Of a stretch of DNA of 64,000 nucleotides, positions 51,310-60,112 are shown piece by piece. Under the pieces are notes generated by a model. It was not told the origin of the DNA. It saw nothing but the letters and a program-made list of their open reading frames with translations, and ran no database searches. A program made the translations under genes and the position numbers. How positions within the stretch are numbered: position 1 is the stretch's first letter; each line of letters starts with the position of its first letter. Origin of the DNA: Candidatus Bathyarchaeota archaeon (GTDB taxonomy: Archaea; Thermoproteota; Bathyarchaeia; Bathyarchaeales; Bathycorpusculaceae); the NCBI GenBank assembly GCA_963777155.1, contig CAVZPM010000038.1, positions 95,537 through 159,536 of the forward strand, given 5' to 3'.

Positions 51310-51981
51310 TTACTTGGGCACAACTTTGAACTTCTTGATTTCCAAGTGTCCAAAGCCACCCTCAAGCTTATGTTTCTGCGTTTCTTGGATTTCAATCTTG
51401 TTCTTGAAGGTGGGACCATCCGTTATGACGGTGTGGTATTCGCCACCTTCTCCGCATGCGTCCACGTTGCCAAGTTTTAGAATATCGTCATAGAACTTTC
51501 GATCTAATGTTCTACCCAGCCATTCTACGCCTAAAAGGTCCAGTTTTGTTCGGACAACGGTTGCTTTAAAGCCTGTCTTTAAGTAATCAAGATAAATCTT
51601 TTTAGTGTCACCCATCCAAAGCGGTTTTACGGCTGTTAAGCCGACTTCTTTGCATATCCGGCCCAACCAACCTTCCTCATGCCCAGCGACTTCATAGATA
51701 TCGCCCGTAACTAAGCCCTGTGCACCCTTTGCCTTGCATTCAAACAGCACTGCCTTGAAGTCCTTCTCATAGGTCGCTGCGGATGTAGTTTTCTTTATAA
51801 GTGGTATTCCTATGGCTTCTGCCTGTGCGTCTAGAATGCCTGCTGGTATCATGTGGAAATTTGATTTGGTTTCGCTCATCATCATAGTTAACAGGTTGAT
51901 TACTTGGTGACCCTGTTGGGTAGCCAATAGGTATGCGTAGGCGCTATCTTTGCCGCCACTCCATGAAGCAACAACTTTCAT
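51310..51981 (-). CDS. DUF71/Dph6-like PP-loop ATPase heading the cob operon
   Basis: SWSGGKDS, TGDI, PLW, DACGEGGEYHT; AGGAGG SD before ATG 51981. Confidence 0.85.
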   Translation of the reverse strand: MKVVASWSGGKDSAYAYLLATQQGHQVINLLTMMMSETKSNFHMIPAGILDAQAEAIGIPLIKKTTSAATYEKDFKAVLFECKAKGAQGLVTGDIYEVAGHEEGWLGRICKEVGLTAVKPLWMGDTKKIYLDYLKTGFKATVVRTKLDLLGVEWLGRTLDRKFYDDILKLGNVDACGEGGEYHTVITDGPTFKNKIEIQETQKHKLEGGFGHLEIKKFKVVPK

Positions 51982-51993
51982 ATTCAGTTTTTT

Positions 51994-52134
51994 CCTCCTT
52001 TTCATATGGGAACGTTCAAACAGACAAATAGGGCTTTGCTGGTCAAACATTCAGATAACTTGCCACAAAGTAAAACTTTGAACGATATGAGCAAGGTTTT
52101 CTTTATGTTTAACGAGTTTTCTCCCCTCTGTCTG
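51994..52134 (-). ncRNA. Candidate structured 5' leader / cis-regulatory RNA
   Basis: Four nested helices with G-U wobbles on the minus strand plus an alternative helix reaching the SD; folded by eye only. Confidence 0.45.
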
Positions 52135-52150
52135 GTTGGTTTATCCAACC
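52134..52150. promoter_or_regulatory. Palindrome just downstream of a minus-strand TATA-like box
   Basis: GGTTGG-TTTAT-CCAACC; minus-strand TTATAT at 52156-52161. Confidence 0.45.
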
Positions 52151-52229
52151 TTTTCATATAAGTATATCGGCAATTGCTGTTCACAACACTTAAAACAGTC
52201 ACCGCGACTAAAAATTAAGGTTAAACTGT

Positions 52230-52712
52230 ATGACGAAACAAACCCCGCCCCTGCTGACCTACCTTGAAGAGAGAGGCATCACACTTCAAAGCCTAATCGA
52301 AAGCGCGCTTGAAATGTATGTACCTCATCCAGGAGTAGAAACCCCTGAGAAAGCCACAAAGCTGCTTGAAGAAGAGTTTCTCGACATTCTAGAAGACGTA
52401 AACGTCTCCACGTTAATCGTTGCTGCTTTTCACGCCCAAGAAGAAGCAGAGAACGGACGGATTCCAGGGTTAACCAAAGAACGGTTTCTGGGTAGACCGG
52501 GTTTAGTTGCAGACGAACTTATCGGGATAGCCGTTGCCACCTACATCGGTGGATCCAGAGGCATGTTCGAATTTGTTCGCTTTGACCAAGCAAAACCAGG
52601 AATCCTAAAGCAGTTGCCACCCCTAACTAATGACGCGATTGGCGCTTTGGTTGCTGGCGCATCCTCGAACGTCTACACAAATGCTCTCAAGACCACAGAA
52701 GCAAAACCGTAA
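52230..52712 (+). CDS. cobZ: Alpha-ribazole phosphatase (PgpA-like CobZ)
   Basis: DVNVSTL, LVADELIG, FEFVRFDQAKPGIL; cob gene context. Confidence 0.8.
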   Translation: MTKQTPPLLTYLEERGITLQSLIESALEMYVPHPGVETPEKATKLLEEEFLDILEDVNVSTLIVAAFHAQEEAENGRIPGLTKERFLGRPGLVADELIGIAVATYIGGSRGMFEFVRFDQAKPGILKQLPPLTNDAIGALVAGASSNVYTNALKTTEAKP

Positions 52713-52803
52713 AACTTTCAAGATTAGACCAATCCTGAGCTTTTCCGGGTTTACCATAAGATTATAATAGGTTGCCGATTGAGGAGTTACCCGTTGGGCG
52801 TCC

Positions 52804-53961
52804 ATGGCTAAAAATCGGCTCTGCATTGTTACACACACTTTCTTGCCGCATGTTGGCGGAATCGAGAAGGTGGTCAATGAACAAAGCAAGCGATTGCGAA
52901 CAAGTAATTTTTCGCCCCTAATTGTGACCAACAGGATAGATACGCCTAAACGCTATGTGGTCGACGGGGTGCCTGTCCAATGCTATGAATCACTCAACAC
53001 TGGGTTCCGCCTCGGCATTCCCTATTCGATTCCGACAGTGCCTAGTTTTCCCATTTTTTTGAAAGCGGTGAAATCAAGCAAAATAGTCCATGCCCACGGG
53101 CACCCGTATTTAACCTCGCTTATTGCGTCTAAACTGTCTAAACTATACGAAAAACCGTTCGTACTCACCCAACACAACACTTTCATTGATTACAACAATG
53201 TCTTTGACCATGTTGAACGCTTAAACGATTTAACTGTAGGAAAACAAAATCTCAACGGCGCCGACAAAATCATTGCGATAAGCAATGCCACTAAAGAGTA
53301 TGTGTTAAGGTTAGGTGCAAAACCGAGCAAAGTTAAAGTTGTCTACAACGGTGTTGATTTAGCAAGGTTTCGACCAATCGCGGGAAAACGCGAAGAAATG
53401 CGCAAGAAACTTGGGATTTCCCAAAATGCAATCGTCGTCCTAACGGTGAGGCGACTGGTTTACAAGAACGGCATTGACACACTAATAGACACCGCAAGCA
53501 TAGCAGTCAAAAAAAACCCGAGAATCGTGTTTTTGGTTGTTGGGAAGGGTCCAGACCTGGGAAACGTTAAGTTGCAGGTTGCACAGTTGGGAATTGAAGC
53601 TAACTTCAGACTTACAGGCTTTGTCAGCGATGAAGATTTGCCTTCGTACTACAATGTTGCTGACTTGTTTGTTTTGCCTTCTAAATCTGGTGAAGGATTA
53701 CCGTTGGTAGCGCTTGAAGGCATGGCGTGTGGACTCCCAGTTATAGCCACAGATGTTGGTGGAATAAGAGAAATCCTGAGGGAAGATTATGGGAAGTTGG
53801 TCGCGCCTAACCAGCCTGAGCTGCTAGCGGAAGCAGTTTTGGATTTTGCAACGGTTGATTTCTCCTCACGCAGTGAGGAGCTTAGAGTTATGGTTGAGAA
53901 ACGGTTCAGCTGGGATGCAAACGTTAAAAGACTTGTCGAAATATACGAAGAGCTTATTTAA
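52804..53961 (+). CDS. Family 4 glycosyltransferase
   Basis: PHVGGIE, VYNGVD, EGLPLVALEGMACG. Confidence 0.93.
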   Translation: MAKNRLCIVTHTFLPHVGGIEKVVNEQSKRLRTSNFSPLIVTNRIDTPKRYVVDGVPVQCYESLNTGFRLGIPYSIPTVPSFPIFLKAVKSSKIVHAHGHPYLTSLIASKLSKLYEKPFVLTQHNTFIDYNNVFDHVERLNDLTVGKQNLNGADKIIAISNATKEYVLRLGAKPSKVKVVYNGVDLARFRPIAGKREEMRKKLGISQNAIVVLTVRRLVYKNGIDTLIDTASIAVKKNPRIVFLVVGKGPDLGNVKLQVAQLGIEANFRLTGFVSDEDLPSYYNVADLFVLPSKSGEGLPLVALEGMACGLPVIATDVGGIREILREDYGKLVAPNQPELLAEAVLDFATVDFSSRSEELRVMVEKRFSWDANVKRLVEIYEELI

Positions 53962-54000
53962 CCAAGTGACGGAAACATAATAGCCCTTTGAAATGGAAGA

Positions 54001-54741
54001 GTGCCGATGACGTCAAAAGTTGAAATGGTTTCAGTGGTAATTCCAACACTCAACGAAGCAGGAAACATTCTGGAAGCCGTCTCTACAATTCACAATGATT
54101 TGTCTTATCCTAAGGAAATCATCGTCGTTGACGGAAACTCTACGGATGGCACCAAAGAAATAGTTCAAGGCTTAGGCTACTGCAGGCTCATAGTTGAACC
54201 TAGACGCGGCTATGGCTTAGCGCTTATGACAGGCATGAAGAACGCCAAAGGCAACATCATAGTTATGGTTGACGGCGACGGAACCTACGAGGTACGCCAC
54301 ATTCACAGAATGATAAATAAGATGATTGAGAAAGACGCCGACATGGTACTAGCCACCCGCATGTATGACCCCAACAAAGCCATGGGACTCATGAATTTCA
54401 TCGGCAACAAAGTCATCACAACATTTTACGATTTCTTCTTCAGCCAATTCCTCAGCGACACCCAATCCGGTTTTAGGGCAATCTCCCACGAAGCCATCAA
54501 CAATGTGGAACTCAAAGCATACGACATGGCTTACGCCACGGAGATGCTCATACAATTCGCCAAAGAAGGCTTCAGCATGATTGAAGTTCCCACAACCTAC
54601 AAAGCCCGAAAGTATGGTCGCCCCAAGCTGAGAAGGTTTAAGTCTGGAATTGAGATATTTAGCACTATATTTAGGGGATTTCTGGATGCGGATACATTTA
54701 GAAAGTGCCAAGAGAATTGGAAACAGAATCGGTTTAAATGA
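54001..54741 (+). CDS. Family 2 glycosyltransferase (DPM1-like)
   Basis: VIPTLNE, VVDGNSTDGT, DGDGTY, DTQSGFR. Confidence 0.92.
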   Translation: MPMTSKVEMVSVVIPTLNEAGNILEAVSTIHNDLSYPKEIIVVDGNSTDGTKEIVQGLGYCRLIVEPRRGYGLALMTGMKNAKGNIIVMVDGDGTYEVRHIHRMINKMIEKDADMVLATRMYDPNKAMGLMNFIGNKVITTFYDFFFSQFLSDTQSGFRAISHEAINNVELKAYDMAYATEMLIQFAKEGFSMIEVPTTYKARKYGRPKLRRFKSGIEIFSTIFRGFLDADTFRKCQENWKQNRFK

Positions 54742-55216
54742 GGAAAAAGGCTTTGCAATCGGTATTTTTCTTGCATTGATAATTGTTATCGCTGTGATTG
54801 CAGGCTTCTTTGCCTATAGTGCACTTACCGCAAAGCCAGTGGGCTACAACACGATTTACTTGCTTGACGCAAACAAAAAAGCAGTCGATTACCCCCAAAC
54901 CTTAGTTGCTAATCAGAATAGCACCTTTAGCGTTTATGTCGACGTGGAAAACCACATGAGAGACACCGCAGTCTACCAGGTGAAGGTAAAAATTGCACAG
55001 AGCCTTACCACGTTTCCAATTGACGCCCCGCCAAATCAAACCATAGATATGGGCAGCATAACGAATGATGGGAAACCCTTGGAGAAAACAGTGACCATCA
55101 CCCAGAACGTTTTGGGGGACTACTCGTTTGTTTTTGAACTCTGGCAACAAGGCAGTGACGGCTCACTCATCTTTACTCAGAACTACTGCGTCCTAAAAAT
55201 CCAAGTCACTAACTAA
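54686..55216 (+). CDS. Membrane-anchored Ig-like (DUF1616-like) protein
   Basis: TM helix, then IYLLD....DYP, VENH, FVFELW; start uncertain. Confidence 0.65.
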   Translation: MRIHLESAKRIGNRIGLNEEKGFAIGIFLALIIVIAVIAGFFAYSALTAKPVGYNTIYLLDANKKAVDYPQTLVANQNSTFSVYVDVENHMRDTAVYQVKVKIAQSLTTFPIDAPPNQTIDMGSITNDGKPLEKTVTITQNVLGDYSFVFELWQQGSDGSLIFTQNYCVLKIQVTN

Positions 55217-55290
55217 ACCAGCATTTTTTGCAAAAAAGCGTAACAATTCCTAATAAATTGGTTTTTAAGGATTGTTTGACAGGTTCTTAG

Positions 55291-56772
55291 TTAGTTTTCG
55301 ACAGTCAGGCTTTTCTTGTGTCTAGCCGCATATTCTTTTTCTATCGCAACCCGATGAACGTTGTTGTATGCGCAAAACGGAATAATCTTTAGATCAGGTG
55401 TTATATAGTGTACGACGCATCGCCTTACGCGGTTAACGTCGAAGTTGTAGGAGTCCATAAATGCCATGCAACCCAACAGGAAGATTCTTCTCCGGATTTT
55501 ACCAAGCGACTGATAAGACGGCGAAAGATGCATTCGCATGATTGACTTCATCAGTGTTGGCATACCAACTTCTTTTGTAACTAAGAACATATCCATCGAA
55601 AGCATCGAAGCCATGAAAAGAGACGAAAGCAAAGACAGTTTACCTTTGGACTCAGCTGACTCAGCCGTTTTGCGAATGCTGTTAAAGAACCTGTCGAAGT
55701 TTACGAAGCGATTAATTGGAAACATTTTTCCGCTCTTTGAAACGTAAACCCAGTTGACAATTCCGCATTGTGGACTGCAGGAGAACAGCGGCCAAGGTTT
55801 CTGCATGAATTTGCGCATAATTTTAATGGGTGAAGTCATCACCGACATCGGATAAAGATCCGTCGATTTTATTGCGCCGTTTGTTTGTTTTTCGACGTCT
55901 TCGGCAAAGCTCCATTCCCGGAAGTTTTCGCGGAAGGGATTCTCCGTCGCTCTGCCAGTGAAGGCAATAGGTTGGAAGATTAAGCCTCGGACAATGTCAG
56001 TGTTTTTGGCGGCGAAGCGGATCATATCGCCGACTTCCTTATCGTTGAGGCTCTTCATTAAAGTGTTGACGAGGATGATTTCCATATCGTGGGCGCGGCA
56101 AACATCAATTGCCTTAAGCTTCATATCTAAAAGCTCTCGACCCCTAATCTTCCTATTGAAGTCTTCATGAAAGCTATCAAACGATAAATAAACAATGTTT
56201 AAGCCGTTATCTTTAAGCTTCTTCGCCAACCCAGGAGTATCAACCAAATGTGTTCCATTAGTTGCCAGAATAGTCATAAACTTAAGTCTGTGAGCAGCAG
56301 CAATGATTTCAGGCATATCTTCCCGCTCAAGAGGTTCTCCGCCTGAGAACAGAATTGCGGGGGGTTTAGGGTTAGCTTTAGCCGCGAACTCGAGCATGTT
56401 TATGAGGGCTTCTTTGGTAGGTTCATAATCTGCTTCTTGATCAGGAAAAGTGGAGAAGCAAACCGCACACCTGAAGTTGCAGCGTTTAGTTACATCAATT
56501 ACGCCGATAACTGTGCCTGAAGCGTGTTTGTCGCAGGTTTCACATTTGTATGGGCACCCGTCGGGGTTTTTGGGCGCGTTGAGGTCGCCGAGATACTGGA
56601 ACTGGTCGTATTTTTGCATGTGATTGTATATTGGTGTGCTTTGCCAGTGGGTAGCTTTGAAATCGCCATGCTCGGGACATTGTTTTGTGATTTGGATTTT
56701 GCCGTTTGCTTCCCGTAGTTGAGCGTCTATTTTCTTTTGGCATTCGGGACAGATGCTTTTGGTTTCGCTCAT
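55291..56772 (-). CDS. Radical SAM enzyme of the tetraether synthase (Tes/GDGT-MAS, MJ0619) family
   Basis: CPEC...CPEHG, CPYKCETCDKH, CNFRCAVC, FQPIAFTGR, CMAFMDSYNFD..RVRRCVVHY..PD..IIPFCAYN. Confidence 0.88.
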   Translation of the reverse strand: MSETKSICPECQKKIDAQLREANGKIQITKQCPEHGDFKATHWQSTPIYNHMQKYDQFQYLGDLNAPKNPDGCPYKCETCDKHASGTVIGVIDVTKRCNFRCAVCFSTFPDQEADYEPTKEALINMLEFAAKANPKPPAILFSGGEPLEREDMPEIIAAAHRLKFMTILATNGTHLVDTPGLAKKLKDNGLNIVYLSFDSFHEDFNRKIRGRELLDMKLKAIDVCRAHDMEIILVNTLMKSLNDKEVGDMIRFAAKNTDIVRGLIFQPIAFTGRATENPFRENFREWSFAEDVEKQTNGAIKSTDLYPMSVMTSPIKIMRKFMQKPWPLFSCSPQCGIVNWVYVSKSGKMFPINRFVNFDRFFNSIRKTAESAESKGKLSLLSSLFMASMLSMDMFLVTKEVGMPTLMKSIMRMHLSPSYQSLGKIRRRIFLLGCMAFMDSYNFDVNRVRRCVVHYITPDLKIIPFCAYNNVHRVAIEKEYAARHKKSLTVEN

Positions 56773-57649
56773 AGTAACCATCCAAGGATTGCCTCAACGA
56801 TGAGTGCAAGTGGCAACAGCATCATTGACATCGTTACCAACCGCTCATACTTCCGTATATTCTGTATGGTTGAACTTGAGGTAAATAACCGAGCAGACGA
56901 ATAAATTAAGAGAGCACTCCAGATCAGAATCAACGGAAGATAATAAATTGTGAAGTGGCCTAAAAAGGAAGGCAATGGCGCAAGTAACCCTGTAATAAGG
57001 AAGAATATTCCGCCGATTTTAGCTGCGCTGACCGTGCCGATTTTCTGTGGCAGCGTGGGGTAACCAACTTTGGAGTCACCTTCAATACTGAATATGTCTC
57101 GGAGCACGTTGCCGCCTATGGTACCAAAAGCAATGGGATAAAGACTTAGCGAGATCAAGGTTTATTGTGCCCATTGACGGTTGCTTGCCCGATAAACGAA
57201 TGCAGTGCCCGTCAGGATGCCCACCAAAACGTTTGCCGCAAAACCAGACTTTCGTTTTACCAAATAGGAGTAAATCAGAAGCAGACAGCGAATCAGCAGC
57301 GATTATTGCGAAGCTTAACCAGTTTATGAAGCAGCCATAACTAAGCCAAGGGCGAAAAACACTGCCGAAACAGCCACGACTTGTTTTAGTGATAGTGCAC
57401 CAGCAGGTATAGGACGTTTGGGTTTTATGACTGCGTCGCTTTCACGGTCAAAATAATCGTTTATGGCAAATCCAGCTGATGTGATGAATGCCATGGAGAA
57501 GAAAATCAAGAGAGCAGTTTGTATGTTCATGACTTATAGGGTCTTTTAAGATGGCAAATGCTGTTAAGAGCTGCTAAGCCGCCAGTCATTAGCCAGTAGG
57601 GAAGTCGTAGTAGCGCGATTAAGCCTCTGGCTGGCGTTGGATGGCTCAT
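56769..57649 (-). CDS. UbiA-family prenyltransferase, DGGGP-synthase-like (several frameshifts)
   Basis: NDYFDRESDAVIKPKRPIPAG; RDIFSIEGDSKVGYPTLP; ATGA overlaps with both neighbours. Confidence 0.8.
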
Positions 57650-58581
57650 ATGCTGATTTTCCTGTCAGCGATAACTTCCTTTATGCTGTCTTCCAAGGTT
57701 ACTTTTGGAGTCCATTTGAGTTCTTTTTTGGCTTTGGAGATGTCAAACCAGATTTTGGTTACATCGCCCTGCCAGGAGACACCCGTGGTTGTAATGACGG
57801 TTTTGTTTTGGAGGTTAAGGATAGTTAGCATAATTTTGGCTAATTCAAGTATGGATACGGTTTTGCCGAGACCTAAGTTGTAGACTTCACCGTTAGCTGA
57901 GTCTTTTGAACCAACCATAGTTAAGGCCTCCACGACGTCGGAAACGTGGACAAAGTCGCGGCATTGCTGACCTGTACCGATGATTACTAGTTTGTTTGGA
58001 TCTTTAGCTATCTTGTCTAGGAAATCATGGATGACTCCGTGACAGCGCAGTCCATAAACGTTAGCGAACCTTGTGATGACTATGTCTAAGCCGTATTGTT
58101 CACGGTACATTTGGCAGTATTCTTCGCCGACTACTTTGGATAAACCATAGCATGAGAATGGGTGAAAACCATATGCTTCAGGAGTTGGAAAGACAGTTGG
58201 GTTACCATATACTGCAGCGCTGGAAGCAAATACTACTTTAGCATCGTCCTTACGTGCTTTTTCTAGAACATGGAGGGTGCCTTTGGCGTTTGTTTCAAAA
58301 TCAACAAGCGGATTCTCCATCGAGTACCCGACAACAACTTGCGCTGCTAAATGATAAATCAAATCAGCCTTCGCTTGACTACACAACGTTTTGAGGTCTA
58401 AGATGTCGCCTTTGACAAATTTGGCGTTTGGAACATCTTGGACGTTCTTCATGGTGCCGCTTGACAAGTTATCAAAAATGGTCAAGTTATCGGTTAATTT
58501 TGCAAGTTTGCTACATAAGTGGTAGCCTATGAATCCTGCTCCACCAGTAACTAGCACTTTTTTCCCTTTCAAGTCAGCCAT
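57646..58581 (-). CDS. NAD-dependent NDP-sugar epimerase/dehydratase
   Basis: TGGAGFIG, HLAAQ, SSAAVYG, YGLSK, RDFVHV. Confidence 0.93.
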   Translation of the reverse strand: MADLKGKKVLVTGGAGFIGYHLCSKLAKLTDNLTIFDNLSSGTMKNVQDVPNAKFVKGDILDLKTLCSQAKADLIYHLAAQVVVGYSMENPLVDFETNAKGTLHVLEKARKDDAKVVFASSAAVYGNPTVFPTPEAYGFHPFSCYGLSKVVGEEYCQMYREQYGLDIVITRFANVYGLRCHGVIHDFLDKIAKDPNKLVIIGTGQQCRDFVHVSDVVEALTMVGSKDSANGEVYNLGLGKTVSILELAKIMLTILNLQNKTVITTTGVSWQGDVTKIWFDISKAKKELKWTPKVTLEDSIKEVIADRKISI

Positions 58582-58629
58582 CCAAATCACGACAAAACCT
58601 ATATTCCCTATCTGTAAGGTTGTAAGTAT

Positions 58630-59488
58630 ATGTCGCCTGTGAAAACTATAAAAACTTTTAGGGATTTGCTGTCTTTCCTCACCATTATTCCAGTCGGAGG
58701 AAAAGAAGACTTCATTTTCACAACGGCAGAGAACATGTGGCTTTTTCCACTCATCGGCGGCTTCATCGGTTTGCTTGGCGCAGCTTACTTTGTCGGCTCA
58801 AGCATCATCGTTGCGTTTCTTTTGGGTTTAGCTAATAGCTTTGTAGCTTTACCCGTTGGGCTTTTGGGAACCCTGATTCCCGCAGCCATGACTATAGCTT
58901 TCCTAAGCGTAATAACTGGACTGCAGCATTTCGACGGCTTAATCGATTTGGGAAACGCTGTTGGCTTAAGAAATGTTCAGGACCGAAAAATGAAGGCGCA
59001 TGCATGGACAGTTACAAGTGCTGGTGCAGTACTGGCGTTAGTCGTTGAGTTTTTGGCGTTTGCAGGTTTATTCTTAACTAACTGGCTAACACTGAACATA
59101 ACGACGAATTTGTTGTCTTGTTTTTTCAGTAATATTTTTGGCTGAGGTTTCAGCTAAGCTTTCAATGGTGACAATTGTTTGGGTTGGCAAACCCTCACAT
59201 AAAGGGTTAGGCTCGATTTTTCTTGCGAAAGCCAAAAAGAAACTCAACTTCGTAGCCTACTTAATGTCTCCCTTGATTGTTTACCCAGTTTTCTACTTTT
59301 CAGGTTACCCAATAGCTGGTCTAGCCGCAATTGCCTTAGTGTTTGCTAGCATTCCAGTGGCATACGTGATGAACAAGGTTTCCAACAGCGTCTTCGGCGG
59401 CGTTTCGGGCGACATGATTGGAGCAACCAACGAGGTTGCAAGGGCAGTTGTGCTGGTTTTGTTTGCGGTGGTGCTGATTCTAATATGA
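58630..59488 (+). CDS. Second, divergent CobS-family protein (frameshift near 59100-59140)
   Basis: LSFLTIIP, TGLQHFDGLIDLGN, GGVSGDMIGATNE. Confidence 0.82.
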
Positions 59489-60108
59489 AGGTTCCTGCAC
59501 TTGTGATGGCTGGCGGAAAAGGTTCAAGGATGGGTTTGTCAACGGAGAAGCCGTTGTTGCCGTTTCTGGGTAAACCGCTGATTGATTGGGTAGCAGAAGC
59601 AATCTTGGACGCAAAGAAGGTTTCCGAGTTCTACGTCATAACGAGTGCGAACGCAACACAAACTGAACAACACTGCCAAAGCAAAGGGTGGAAGGTCCTG
59701 CATACAGACGCTAAAGGCTACCACAACGACCTAAAACAAGCCGTTTCGATGGCAAATCTGACTGGACCAGTGCTCACCATGCCTTCAGATGTCCCAGCCA
59801 TAACGGGACAGGTGCTTGACAAAATCGTCGATGCCTTTGAGGTCTGCGGAAAAGATTTCTTAGCGGTTTTTGTCCCTATCAAAGCAAGGCAGGATTTGGG
59901 CTTATCGATTTCCTCCACCGACGAATACAAGGGAGTATGGTACGCTGTTTCAGGAGTCAACATCATAAACGGCACCAAAATCCTCGGCGAAGGCAAAATC
60001 GAAACAAGCGCCATAATCACAGACGAAACCGAGGTTCTGCTAAACATCAATACAACCAAAGATCTGGAAATAGCCCAAAACATTATGCTGAAAACAAAGA
60101 AGCACTAA
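59485..60108 (+). CDS. Second CobY/MobA-like nucleotidyltransferase
   Basis: ALVMAGGKGSRM, EKPL, SDVP, NINT. Confidence 0.85.
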   Translation: MKVPALVMAGGKGSRMGLSTEKPLLPFLGKPLIDWVAEAILDAKKVSEFYVITSANATQTEQHCQSKGWKVLHTDAKGYHNDLKQAVSMANLTGPVLTMPSDVPAITGQVLDKIVDAFEVCGKDFLAVFVPIKARQDLGLSISSTDEYKGVWYAVSGVNIINGTKILGEGKIETSAIITDETEVLLNINTTKDLEIAQNIMLKTKKH

Positions 60109-60112
60109 AGCG

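Noticed and set aside
51994-52134. Canonical cobalamin riboswitch
   Set aside because: B12-box and other hallmark motifs not found on the mRNA strand; kept only as a novel-structure candidate
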